A stretch of DNA of 64,000 nt from Phaeosaccion multiseriatum (GCA_965112735.1 OZ218952.1:5022001-5086000), one strand, 5' to 3'; numbered from the stretch's first letter, positions 25,256 to 38,100 are shown. Notes: generated from the letters alone by a model not told the origin. A program made the numbers and translations.

Positions 25256-26113
25256 CTCCCTCCCTCCCTCCCTCCCTCCCTCCCTCCCTCCCTCCCTCCC
25301 TCCCTCCCTCCCTCCCTCCCTCCCTCCCTCCCTCCCTCCCTCCCTCCCTCCCTCCCTCCCTCCCTCCCTCCCTCCCTCCCTCCCTCCCTCCCTCCCTCCC
25401 TCCCTCCCTCCCTCCCTCCCTCCCTCCCTCCCTCCCTCCCTCCCTCCCTCCCTCCCTCCCTCCCTCCCTCCCTCCCTCCCTCCCTCCCTCCCTCCCTCCC
25501 TCCCTCCCTCCCTCCCTCCCTCCCTCCCTCCCTCCCTCCCTCCCTCCCTCCCTCCCTCCCTCCCTCCCTCCCTCCCTCCCTCCCTCCCTCCCTCCCTCCC
25601 TCCCTCCCTCCCTCCCTCCCTCCCTCCCTCCCTCCCTCCCTCCCTCCCTCCCTCCCTCCCTCCCTCCCTCCCTCCCTCCCTCCCTCCCTCCCTCCCTCCC
25701 TCCCTCCCTCCCTCCCTCCCTCCCTCCCTCCCTCCCTCCCTCCCTCCCTCCCTCCCTCCCTCCCTCCCTCCCTCCCTCCCTCCCTCCCTCCCTCCCTCCC
25801 TCCCTCCCTCCCTCCCTCCCTCCCTCCCTCCCTCCCTCCCTCCCTCCCTCCCTCCCTCCCTCCCTCCCTCCCTCCCTCCCTCCCTCCCTCCCTCCCTCCC
25901 TCCCTCCCTCCCTCCCTCCCTCCCTCCCTCCCTCCCTCCCTCCCTCCCTCCCTCCCTCCCTCCCTCCCTCCCTCCCTCCCTCCCTCCCTCCCTCCCTCCC
26001 TCCCTCCCTCCCTCCCTCCCTCCCTCCCTCCCTCCCTCCCTCCCTCCCTCCCTCCCTCCCTCCCTCCCTCCCTCCCTCCCTCCCTCCCTTCCTCCCTCCC
26101 TCCCTCCCTCCCT
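25256..26113. repeat. (CCCT)n microsatellite of about 860 bp, nearly perfect
   Basis: Directly visible; one C>T interruption near 26089. Confidence 0.97.
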
Positions 26114-26507
26114 CTATCCCGCTATTCCTCCCTGTGGAAAGTCGATTCGTAAAGCAATGGCCCAGGCCCAGGCAGATACGGTGAGAACGAGTGGCGTGGC
26201 TCTCACTATCCTATGTGCGTAGGTGGTCGTTTAGGACTAGCATGCGATAAGTTAATAGAGGCAAGGCTGGCTGCTAGGCTGGCTTTGGGGTTGCTGTTAC
26301 CTTGTCCGTGTGTCTAGTTCTAGCCTATCTGTAGGCGACAGCGCATGTCGTTTTACACTATCTGTAGGCGACAGCGCATGTCGTTTTACATCCCTCCCTA
26401 CCTCCTTCTATCCGTCTACCCCTCTGTCCCTCCCAACCTCCCTCTACCCCTCCCACCCTCCCTCTGTCCCTCCTTCCCTCCCTCCCTCCCTCCCTCCCCC
26501 CCTTCGA

Positions 26508-26704
26508 CCCTGGACAAGATTACGGTGTGCGCCGGCCGTAATCAGTAATCAGCCCCCGGCTGGCGCATAATCAGTAATCAGCCGGCTGGTCACCGGCTGT
26601 AATCAGCAACCAGGCCGGCTGGCGCCGGCCATTTCCTCGGGCTGGCGCCATAATCAGTAATAAGGCCGGCTGCGCCGGCCGTAGCTAATGAGTAATCAGA
26701 TAGG
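26508..26704. mobile_element. Second, direct copy of the TCGA-flanked MITE (right TIR partly deleted)
   Basis: TCGA|CCCTGGACAAGATTA at 26504-26522, with the same internal repeats; ends ...TAATCAGATAGG|TCGA (26705-26708). Confidence 0.8.
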
Positions 26705-27357
26705 TCGAGGCCTAGGCCTAGAACCGCCGGCCTAGGGAGGAAAAATGGTCGGCCTAGAGCATAGGCTTCTAGGCCAGTCTGAAGTCAAATGGGCGGGCAT
26801 TTCCCCAGCGGACAGACACCCAATTCCCTTACGTGACACACTTACGTAAGGCATTAAAAGTAATATTTCCCCAGATTTCAAAGCTCTCCTGCACCGCCTG
26901 CTCATGGCCTCTGCTGCCACTGCTGTTCCGGCTACAGCGTTGCCCCCTTTGCAATGGCCTGGCATGATGATGGCTGCGAGTGGACGATGGGCCGAGAGCG
27001 TCATGAGCAAAGAGGGAGGCGAAGACAGTCGGTCGGCGCTGGAGGCGATGGGGTGCGGTCCTATCACTGGGTACGGCCCGTCCCATCACTGGGTACCGGC
27101 CCAAATGGGCCTAGAAAGGTCCCAACACACGGGGTACCAAGATAATAATATAGAGGAATATGGGCACCAGTGCCCGGCATTGGCCCCTTTTTTTTCTCTG
27201 GTACTTGTGTGGCTCCGGTACCCAGCAGCACACTTCTCTTCGCTGGGTACCAGGCTTGGTACCCAGTTGTTTCGGACCCACCACGGGGTACCATGGTCCT
27301 GTTCACCACCCCCGAGAAGAAGAGTCTAAGGGAGAGTGAGTAGTCACGGTGGTGGTG

Positions 27358-27750
27358 GTGCTGCTGCTGGTGCTGGTGCTGTTGCGGCTGAAGATGGTGC
27401 TGCTGGTGCTGCTGGTGCTGCTGGTGTTTCTGCAGCGTCTCCATCCGTACCGGCGAGAGAGGAGGAGCCTTGAGGACTCCTCGACTCGGAGTCCACGCCT
27501 CCCCGCCAGTGGCATCGAGTGGCACGGCGCTCTGCCTCCCCCGCCCCCCTCCCTCCTCTCCTCGACCCTACCGTGCTCTTGAGCAGCGTGCTCGTCAGTC
27601 AGCAGTACGCGTTCTTGCGTTCTGCGCGGCCGAGTCCATTTGCGTTTGCGCTTGCCACCACCCCAGCCACCACACGTCTGATCTCCTCATCTTCTCTGGT
27701 TCCAGCCATATGCCCATATGCGCATGTGCCTGTATGCCCTGTGATGCAGA
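27358..27750. repeat. Copy 2 of the ~0.4-kb dispersed direct repeat
   Basis: See 21765-22200. Confidence 0.9.
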
Positions 27751-28361
27751 TGGGGAGGTGTTGGTGGTCGGCCTCGGGCTCGGGCTTGGGGAAGGGGGGA
27801 GGGAGGCCCTTCTTACTGCCCGCGGGGAAGGGGCGGACCGTTCACCGGACTGGAGCGTTCCCGAAGTGGTGCCACACACGCAGCTGCGGCCATTGCCATT
27901 GCCATTGCCAGTCGGTCTGTGAGTGTCTCGGCTTGGCCTGTGTCTCCTGCCTCGTTCGAATCCAACCAGCCACTGAGCCGTCCTCGCCTGACTGACCGGG
28001 GCCTGAGCCCGTCTCACCCTGATCCTTCTCGTGCGACCCCTCTAAGACCTTCCTCGTTTGACCATCATCTGCAGAGAGGCCAAGGAGTCCGGCCCCTCTT
28101 AAGTTGAGACAGCAGCTCCCCCCCTTCCCCTGCTGCCATACGGTGCCATATGCGCTGCTGAGGGCCGTGCTGTGGTGGCCGGCCTGGCCCGGCGAGCCTC
28201 CACGGAGGCCATCTGCTGCATCTACTGCCATCCGAAGGGCTGTCCGACGGCTCTTCCGTAACGCCATTTGACTCTCTCGCTGTTGGCTCCATCACTGCAG
28301 AAGGGCCTGGGAGGAGTGGAGGGCTTCAGGAGAAAGGGTGGCGGTGGATGCGTGGGAGGCA

Positions 28362-31300
28362 TCAGGAGAGGGAGTCGATGACGTCTCTGGGAAAGTCTTC
28401 CCTCAGGCGCAGCACTTGCTTGATCTGCGGCGGCAGGAGAGGATGGCAGTGGATGGATGCAGGAGGGGAGGGGGTTCCGAGTCAGGATAAGGACGAGCAA
28501 AAGGGGACAAAGCGACCAAGCTGCGCTCTCTCTCTGGGATGCACGCACGCACATGCACACGTTCACGCACACGCCCACGCGCACCATCCTGCCTCCAGCC
28601 CTGGCTGACCCCTCCCTGGGCAGCCTCGGTCATGACCCCCCCCCTTACCTGGTCCTTGGTAAGTACCTCGTCGCTGATGGAGTACCCTTTGGCGTCCTGC
28701 GGTCTGTCGAGGTTCAGCAGCGCCACCATTTGCCCCACTCGTGAGAAGGGCGTGACGAGGGCCGCATCTTGCACCCAGCTAGAGAGCTCCTGCTGTACCG
28801 CCCGGACCTGCATCACGCACACGTGTACACACGCGCATCGGGGTCGTTAAGGCAGGGCCGTTCATTGTTCACTGAATCACTGTTCACTGAAGCAAAGGCA
28901 GGCAGGCAGACAGGCAGGCAGGCAGGCAGGCAGACAAGGCCAGACACGGGACAGAGAGGGAGAGGGAAGGAGAGGAGAGGATGGGTTCTCCTCGCCCCAA
29001 AGCGCCACTTCCTCATCGCTAAAATGCGTTACAAGAGCGTTACATTACCTCCATCCGAAGCAGCATGGCCCCCCACATGTTGAAGGGCAGCGGCGGCGGC
29101 GGCGGCGGCTTGAGCTTGCCCTTGTCCGCGCCCGTCGAGGCCCCGGTCCCGGGGGGGGATGACGCCCCGGGGGGATCGGTCCCGAGGGGGCTGATGGCCG
29201 TTATGAGATCTGCGCACACACGCTCGGCGAGCAGCTGCACCAAGCGCTTAAAGGGGGTGGGGAGCAGCGAAGAGGAGCAGCGCCGGAGTGCGCTCTCGCG
29301 TAGGAGGGACAGCAGCCCGACCACCGCCGGCAGCTCCTCTTCCTCTCCCTCAAGCTCCAAACCTTCCAAGACGTAGTGGTGCGCTCTCTGCCTGCGTTGC
29401 CGAGGGTTGGCGCTTGGGTTAGGGCTGGGGTTGGCCCCTCCCCCCCCGGGATGGTCAGCAGGGTGACTGGATGACCAACTGCTGTGGCTGTGGCTGGAGG
29501 AGGAGGATGATGCCAGAGCTCTCCCTTGGTCAGAGAAGCTCTGGAGGACTTGTGTGGAGACTTTGGGGTAGAGCTGGTCCAGCAGAGTGCACATGCTCGC
29601 TTCGCCGATGGACCGGTACTCCCTGTAGGGTATACGTGGTGCATGGCGCGCAGAGGACAGTGGGCAGTGGGACGGAGGGAGGCATGCAGAGCGAGTCAGT
29701 AAGGGATAGTGGACAGGGGACAGGGAATAGGGGACACGCAACGTGTAGAGGGGTTAGGAAAGAAGGAAGGGGGACAGGGGAGTAGAGAGTAGGGAGGGGG
29801 CGAGGGCACGCCAGCTGAAACTCAAACACGCATACACAAACCTGAGTATGTTGTGTATCTGCTCCAGCATGGTCTGCACGAGGGGGTTAGATGAGTCCAA
29901 GCTCCGCTCCACCGCCTCCTGCACGCACACACACACACACACACGAGCCGTTCGAGTGCAGGCGTCAATGGCAGGTCTCAGTCAGTCAAGGACACTCCAC
30001 TCCACTTCCACAGGATCTGGGGTGGGGACGGGACCCATCTGGTGCCATCTCTTTTAGCGCACCCACTCGCGCACCCACGCAGACACCCTACGCACGCACG
30101 CACCCACGCACGCACCCACGCACCCACGCACCCACGCACCCACGCACGCACGCACCTACGCACCTGTATACCCTGTAGCGAGGACACGGCCACCGCGGTG
30201 CTGTTGACGGCCACCGCCAGCGCCTCAATGGGGATGAGGCCCTCTGTTGCCATCCGCACAGACTCAGAGTCTGCCTCATCAAGCGCACGGGCAAGCTCCT
30301 CCGCGAATCCCCCGCCTGCTGAGTCCGGCCCTCCTCCTCCTCCCCCCCCTCCTCCTCCCCCCGCCGCCCCCTGCTGCTGCTGTATGAGCGACTGCTGCTG
30401 TTGCTTGTCCCGCCCCCCCCCGTCCCCGCTGGCGAGTCGGCAGAGGCCTCCGTAGAAGCTCGGCTCCGTCGCGCTGGGCTCGAGCATGTCGGTGATACGG
30501 TTACACACCGCGCAGATGGCCTGTTCCGAGCAGGTGCTGACGGCCCTAGACAGGCTCTTGTGTACGATGAAGGAGCAATCTTCCACCATGCTGCTCACGA
30601 ACATGCCCTCCGCCACCTGGGGGGGTTGGTGATACAGAGAGGGAGGGAGGGAGGGAAGGACGCAAGCTGTCGAGGGTCAATCAACTCAGTGCTCTCTCTC
30701 TCTTTCTCTCTCTCTCCGTTTGGTTTGTGAGAGAACATCGGCCTCCACCCCTCCACCCAGCTATCCGATAAATCGCCTGCGATATCGACACCCCTGCTGC
30801 TTAGGTACATACACGTAAGACTTGCGTAAGACTTGCGTACCTCGATTTTCTCGGCGATCCGAATGGCCTCCGCCACGCTGGCAGCGCAGTAAGCATCCTC
30901 CAGCTGCACGTACACGCCCACCAGCTGCACGAGTTGGTGATTCAGAGGGCCCCGGGGGTCCACTTCCAGCAACAGGTCCAGCGCGGCGAAGTCGAGGTAG
31001 CGCTGCAGGAACTGAAGGGCGAACGACACCTCGGAAACCACAAAGTCCACAGCACGGGGCTCAAAGGAGGAGGAAGAGGAGGAGGAGGAGGAGGAGGAGG
31101 AGGAGGAGGAGGAGGAGGAGGAGGAGGAGAGACTCCTGACGGCGTCTGCGGCGACGGTCTGCCACTTTTTCATTGAGGTGTCGTGCTCGAACCACTGCAG
31201 GCATACATGCATACAGGCATATGGGCATACGGGTATACGGGCACAGAGAGAGGGAAGGGCATAGGCGCAGGAGGGAGGGAAGCACAGCGAGGGAGGACAC

Positions 31301-31467
31301 AGAGGGCATGGGGGGTCACAGACAGAAAGCATGACGGCTCGACAGGGGTGGGAGCGGGCGGGGGCAGTAGATGGCAGCATATGGCAGGGCTGACAGGCCG
31401 GTGGAGGCCAAGGAACGAATGCACAGGCGTCCCCCGCGTTTGCGTCAGTGCCCCGTCACACACTCTC

Positions 31468-31523
<56 letters not shown>

Positions 31524-31950
31524 ACATACGGACTCACGGGCGCGTATTCTGAGCATACTTCCCCGCCCAACAAAGGCCCCAGGGCGGCGGCGCATGTGCT
31601 TACATCATCTCATTGACTGACTGACTGCCTCACTGACTGACTGACTGACTGACTGACTGACTGACTGACTGACTGACTGGCTGACTTACCTCGAGCACTT
31701 TGAGTGCCTGGGCCTCGCAGTCCTCCTCGAGCCGCTTCATGGCGGGCGCCTCCGCCTCCGCTCCCAAGCCAGCGCCCCTGCACACAGAGGTCCACACAGG
31801 GAACACAGGGGGTGCCAGGGGGGGGGGTGTTGGGTGTTCGGTTTAGCTTAGCCGTATGGGGGCATCTGTTGGATGTTGGGTATAGGATAGCCGTGGGGGG
31901 GCACCTATGTGGGGGGCTCACTGCAAGGAAGGGGTCTGCAATACCTAGTC

Positions 31951-31983
<33 letters not shown>

Positions 31984-33444
31984 GTCAGTCAGTCCGTCAG
32001 TCAGTCGACATTGGAACAAGCCGGTGTGACATGCAGAATCGCCTCCCCCTCTCCATCCCCATCCCCACCCACAGCCATCCCCCCCCCCACCCTCCCCTCC
32101 CGCAGGACAGACGCGTACCTGAGCTTGAGCATGACCTTGGAGGCCTCTCCCAGCACCACCGACAACGCCGTTACGTGGGGGTGTGCGTCCCCCGAGTCCA
32201 CGGCCTCAAGCCCCCCAACGCCCCCTGAATCTCCTACCCCTTGTTGGGACGACTCCGGCCCCCCACCACCATGCATACCTGCCCCTGCCCCTGACGCAAG
32301 CAAGGCCTTGGAAGAGGCCAAGTTGAGGCGATGAAGGGCCCTGACAGAGGCGAGCTGCCGAACTGCAGCGTCCATTCGCTGCCTGAGCTCAGTGCGCAGG
32401 AGCCCCCCGTACACGTTGGCTGCAACACGGGCACGGCCGATGGACGCGACGTGCTGTGTCGCCTCCAGCAGCCTCTGCTGCAGCATGTTGTACTCCGCCT
32501 CCGCCTCCTCTTCTTGGCCTCGGTCTTGCCCCGTCTGATCACCATCTGTGACTTCTCTCTCGCTGCTGCCATTGCCCGACTGAGGTTGTGGTTTCCGGGC
32601 CCTGGCGGCCTCTTGGCACAGCTTGCGTAGAGCAGTTTCTGCGGCGTCGCCCCCCTTTTTGCGGCAGTCTGCCACCATCTCTTTGAACACGGTGGTGGCG
32701 CCATCGTCTGGAGGCAGCAGGTCCACCTGCCGCTGCATCTCACACACCCAACCCTGTAAAGTAAGGGAAGGACCAAGCAAGAGAAGGGAGAAGGGCGAGA
32801 CGAGAGGGGCATACGGGCTGTTGGTGGGCAGAGGGCGCACAAGGCGTGCGGAGTGCGGCACGGCGAAGGAGGCAAGACCGGGCTCGGAGGATGTGCTATT
32901 CTCGCGTGCAGAGGACCGAAGTGGAGGCGCAAGCGAGGACGAGGAGAAGAGACGCAGAAACTGCTTCGGCACTACTCTGCCGCTGATAAGGCAGCAAGCA
33001 GCGCACGGAGGTGGCAAACAGACAGCTTGGGCAATGGGCCTGCTTGGAAAGCGCGATGCTGCCCCTCCCTAACACCAAACGAGGCCTATAGTCTGCACAC
33101 ATAGACGACACCTTCCTTGGTATTGCTTCACTCACCACGCTGTGGGCCGTGTTGTCCTCTGCTAAGGCCAAGTAGAACTGTTCGAAGCACTGCTCCAGGG
33201 ATGGCACGTCTGGGTAATCTCCTCCTCCTCGCCCTTCTCCTCCTTCCTCCGCTCCTCCTTCTCCCCCCCCTCCTCCGCCTTCTCCCCCCCACTCTCCTCC
33301 TTCTCTGCCTTCCGCATAGTCGCCGAGCTCGCCCTGGTGCTGCTGCTGCTGCTGCTCGTGCTCGTGTAGGTGCTGTTCGTTGCCCTCTATTTGCACTGCT
33401 TGCTGCTGCTGCTCCTGGCCGTTCTCATCCTCAGGAGTTGCCAT
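28362..33444 (-). CDS. COG4: Conserved oligomeric Golgi complex subunit 4-like protein
   Basis: 'YVQLEDAYCAASVAEAI...VSSMVEDCSFIVHKSLSRAVST', 'FNMWGAMLLRMEVR', 'FSRVGQMVALLNLD', and C-terminal 'IKQVLRLREDF'. GT-AG introns; stop TGA at 28362-28364. Confidence 0.8.
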
Positions 33445-34668
33445 AGGGAATTAGGACTACTTGCAGCCCCAGCCGTTGCTGCAGTCTGGGGCTTCTTCTT
33501 TTCTTGGGAACGCGGTGCTCCAAACGACTGAAGAACCAACCGTTGTAGCAAAATGGCCCTGTGAGTCCCTTCCATTTCTGGGCTCGATTTACGATTTATG
33601 ATTTATGAAAAGGAGGGCACTTTGAGGCTTTTTCTCTCACGCACAAAGGCCCAGCAGCTACAGAAGCACCACGCTCAGTTCCGTGTGTAAGCGTCTGTGC
33701 GCATTTCTCCAACTGCCCCATCTTCAGGGTCCTAGGAATCGCCCAAAAACGAGTAAGTGCCGCCGCCGGCTACCCAACTGGAGCCCACTCGTCGATACTC
33801 GGGATGGGGAGCACGAATACCTGAGCCGACTGCGCCTCTCGCGTCGAGTGGACGGTGACAATGTTGGAGTGAGCTTGTTCGTTAGCCCTGGCACAAGCGA
33901 TGGAGAGCGGCTGCAAGTTCGCGGGGAGACAATTGGAAGCATATGGTTGAGTGCCACAAACAAGTGGGGAACACTTGAGGTGGGAGAGAAGAGCGACAAG
34001 TGGCAGGTGGTGACGGAGGAGATGTCTAGTGGTTAACTCTATGAAGAAGCTGTGGAGTTGTGCCGGGCTGATTCCTTCGTCACCAACGATGCTGTGTAAT
34101 GTCGATGTCCTGTCCATACACCTGCAGCTGGCTGCCTGAACCACCTGCAAATTCATAAATGAAGCTCAAACCTTGCCGTGCTTTATATATACATTAGTGT
34201 GTTGTTTATTGCCACCCTGCCACTTCACGCTCCCCCAAGGGGGCGCTCTCCCCCAGCCAGAGGGGCTGCATTCGCCTTCCCTCCTCCTCCTCCTCCTTCT
34301 CCATCCTGCTCACCTGCTCACATGACTATGTAACTTACAGCTCGGCACAGCACCTCTTCGGAAGCTCGGGGCACAGCATCAATTTAAAGCACAGTCATTC
34401 ATGCACTCCGGCTACACACGTATGTATCTGTAGCGTGCCCGAGTATTGCGCGTGCAAGACGCGACCCTCCTTGGGCCCCCCGCCCCCCAAAGTAGTGAAT
34501 GAAGTAAGGAGGCGAGGATAGCTAAGAGTGCCAAAAAACAAAAACACGCCCCCCCCCCCCCTTCAAGCCCAACCTCTCGGCGAGCGATCGATCTATCGCA
34601 GTCTGTCGGCCGATCGGTGAGTGGGCCACCTCGCCAGCGTGGACAATGTGAACATGTTTCATCCTCCT

Positions 34669-35803
34669 TTAGTCCTTGTTGGCCGTTACACCCTTCCCAA
34701 AGTCCGGCCCCGAAGGACTGGCGGCGGGCGTCACCCCTTTTGGACTAACTCTTCCATCCCTGACGTCATCGGGGTTGAGGTAGTCGCTGGTGGCGCGCTC
34801 TTTGAGGATGTCGGCACAAGGTCCCATTAGCCTGCAAGTAAGTCAATGAAGAGGCAAGGAGAGGATGATGGCCGCAGATGGCCCAAGAGGCAGGAGCGTA
34901 GGAGTTGATTGAGAGAGACAAGAGAGAGAGAGACAGAAACGGGGTTGGTTAGCGAACAGAGAGAGAGAGAGAGAGAGAGATAGAGAGAGAGAGAGGAAGA
35001 GGATGAGGGATTCGCTTGGAAGAGGCAACACGGTAGAAACACACAGAGAGAGAGGCAGGCAAGAGGCAGGAGGGGAGGAATGGAGAGGGAGAGGCCGGGC
35101 GGCCGCCCATGTCTGCAGTCGGAGGCACCACACACACCCTGGCAGGCTGGGGAGAAATCGACAGCAGTCAAGCAGCCAAGCAGTCAGGCCCAAGCATCGC
35201 CCCTCCCCCCCCCCCTACCCCCTTACACTCGTGTAGATAGCCGTTACATACATACACACGGCCGTACACACGAACGCACCTCTCGAAGGTAGAGATGTCG
35301 AGACAGGCCACCTTGAGCTCTCCGTCGGCCTTGACTGTGGCCGTGCGCGCCGTCTTCTCCAGCAGGGCCTTCTCTCCAAAGTACTCTCCAGGCCCGAGCA
35401 GCGACATGAAGATGTCCTGCCCGTCCTTCTTGACAAAGGCCTTGGCCGACCCCTCCTCGATGATGTAGAACTTAAAGCTTGCCCTGTCCGCGTCTCCCTG
35501 CTCCACAATCACCTCCCCGTCCTCGAACACGGCTGGCGCCACCGCATCCGCCAGCTGAGCCACCTCGGTTGGCTTGAGACAAGCCGCCTTGAGAATCTCT
35601 ACCCCCTGGAGGAAGTCCTCGTACTTCTTACGCCTCTCCTTGCCCGCCTCCATGATGGTGTTGCGGAACGTTCCTCGGTCCAAAGCAAAGATTTGGCACT
35701 CCGTCACCGCCTAGAGGGCAGGAAGCGGGGTCAGGGGTCAGGGACAAGGGAGCCAGGGCAGAGGGTTCGGAGTCAGGGTCAGCGTGAATGCAGTTAGAGG
35801 TCG

Positions 35804-35838
<35 letters not shown>

Positions 35839-36186
35839 AGAGAAAGAGAAGGCACAGGCCCCAATACCTAGCACACAATCAGTCCCGTCAGTCCAGAGCA
35901 CAGCCAGTTCAGTTCAGTTTCAGTTCAGTTTCAGTCAGTTTCAGTTCCGTACCTGCACAGTGGCCGATCGGGGGGCGTTGTACATGAGGGCGAGCTCTCC
36001 GAAGGCGGCCCCCGCCCCGATACGTCGCACGGCCTCGTCCTTACCGGGGATGAATATATCGAGCTCGCCGCTGCTGACGACATAGAAGAAGTCTCCAGCC
36101 TCTCCTTCCTTGATCACCTTCTCGCCGGGGGGGGCAACCTTCTCCGCCATTGCAGCCACCACCTGCAGGAGGTAGAGAAGAGAAGA

Positions 36187-36225
<39 letters not shown>

Positions 36226-37054
36226 TGAGGACACAAGAGATGAAGAGAGGGGGTGGGGTGGACATGGGGAGACAAGCGAAGAGAAGAGAAGGACGGAGTC
36301 AGAGGCCAGAGAGACGTGCAGCGGGATGGGCAGGGATGGGCACTTCGTCTGGACGGTATGGGTCGAAACGGTCGAAACGGTACGTTCGTCCCATCGTAAT
36401 CAATCCAAACCTTCCACTTCCGGACACCCCTCCCCTACCCCCTTCCTCCTGTGGACCGACCATTCCCTCCCGTTTCATCTTTTTACTATACTTATTACCG
36501 AGCCATACTGCTGTATACAATACAACTCACATCATCAAGCTGCTGCGGCAGAAGCGAGTTGAAGAGGAAATTCTTGGCGACGGCATCGCGAATGGCCTTC
36601 TCCTGCTCTGGGCTCTTGGGGATGACTATCTTCTCACTGGAGGCGTTGGGGGTCTTGTCCACCTCTGCACTCACGCTCGTGCGGCGCGTGCGACGGGCAG
36701 CCCCCGGAGGAAGCTCGGGGAGCTGGGGGGGGAGGAGAAAGGAGCCACACACACACCATCGAGAGAGCGTGAGGAGGAGGATGGTACACGTCGACTTCAG
36801 AGGCGGGAGGGCCCCTGGGGAGCCCCACTTTCCATTACATTGGGAAGCTCTCCCCACCTCCCCCCTTCCACAGCCCAAAAGAAACATTGTCCCCCCTAGT
36901 TCCGAGGTCTACGTAGGATTCATACCGTCCGTTGCTCGTAGGAAGTGAGAGAAGAGAGGGAATGAAGGCCTTTATCCCCTTGCATCCAGCCACTCACCGC
37001 TTCTTGCGACCCCCCCCGCGCCCCGCCGGCTGCTTTGCTCGACTTAGCCCCCAT
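34669..37054 (-). CDS. cAMP-dependent protein kinase regulatory subunit-like protein (two CNB domains), 5 exons
   Basis: MGAKSS N-terminus, inhibitor site RRTSVSAE, PBC-A FGELALMYNAPRSATV, PBC-B FGEKALLEKTARTATV, 'FERLMGPC'. Stop TAA at 34669-34671; no kinase domain follows. Confidence 0.9.
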
Positions 37055-38100
37055 GGTGTCTGCCTCCGTTCCTTCGGCGGACTTCCCCTGGCCCTTGATC
37101 CGCGAAGCTAAGCTCGCCGCAGCCTGTGCAGGAGTCAACCATGCAAGTACCAAGTCAACAAGGGAAGGGAGGACGGTTGTAAGCGCCGTGCTGGAAGGTG
37201 GGAAGGGAAGTGAGCGTGGCGGGTTGAGCATGGCTTCGGAGCACAGACCCTCCAGCCAACAGGTGAGAGCATCTCCCATTTGGAGGGGTCCATAGTGGAG
37301 GCGCTTTGCTCCCTCCCAGAACAACAGGTTCTAGCGAGGGCACCTCGGAGTCGGGTTATTTTTCATTGCTTCTTTTCCCGTGCCTGGCCCTTCCCCTCCG
37401 CCGCTCTATCACATACACAAGCCCCTTGCACCTGGACTGGCGTGCACCCCCCCCCTCTGCCCCTCCCCTCCTCTGCTGCTCGCGGCAACAACCCAACCAC
37501 TCACCCCAATAACTGCCGTACCGAAAGGGAGACAGAGAAAACCCCTGAAGCCCGGTGCGTCGCCCGCAGCAGCACGATAGGTCTGACCAGATAACTAAGG
37601 GAAGAAGGACGTCGGCGATGAAGTAGAATGCTTAACGCTGTGGGGTGTGGTCTTTTTGTTGATTAAACACGAAGGGGAAGGAACATCGCAAAGTCGACCC
37701 TCGCGAGATAAACCTCGTGACCTCGATTTTGGTTTTGCTCTCCCTGAACCGTTTGTCCGGGGGGTAGTTTGAGATCATAATAACAAACACAACACACCAA
37801 GACCACACCCAAGGAGAAGCATCTGGCTGATGCGGAGGAGTACACTTGGAGGGGGAGAAGCGCTTTGCTGATAGTCACTGTCGCATGTTCTCTGGACTTC
37901 TTGGTCCGGTTAAATTTTTTGTTTGACGAACAGAGCTCTCGGGGACGAGAGAACGTAGGAGCACACCCGGCGGGGCTCTCTTTCCTCCTCCAGCGACATC
38001 ACCTAGCGGCCTCATTTGCGCTTCGAAGGAGCACGCACGGCTCTCTGGTTCCGAAGACTTTCAACATATTTAGAAGAAGCAGTAGCAACAGTGAGTAGCA

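Larger units (their letters stand above)
24967..26778. mobile_element. MITE with 17-bp TIRs and 3-bp TSD (CTG), PIF/Harbinger-like, carrying nested insertions
   Basis: ACTGGCCTAGAAGCCTA (24967-24983) and TAGGCTTCTAGGCCAGT (26762-26778). CTG at 24964-24966 and 26779-26781. GGCCTAGG motifs recur in both halves. Confidence 0.75.

Noticed and set aside
25242-26222. 326-aa (SLPP)n ORF and many similar PSL/GRE/VC/TH/SQ-rich ORFs in the track
   Set aside because: They are translations of stop-free microsatellites in introns or intergenic DNA.
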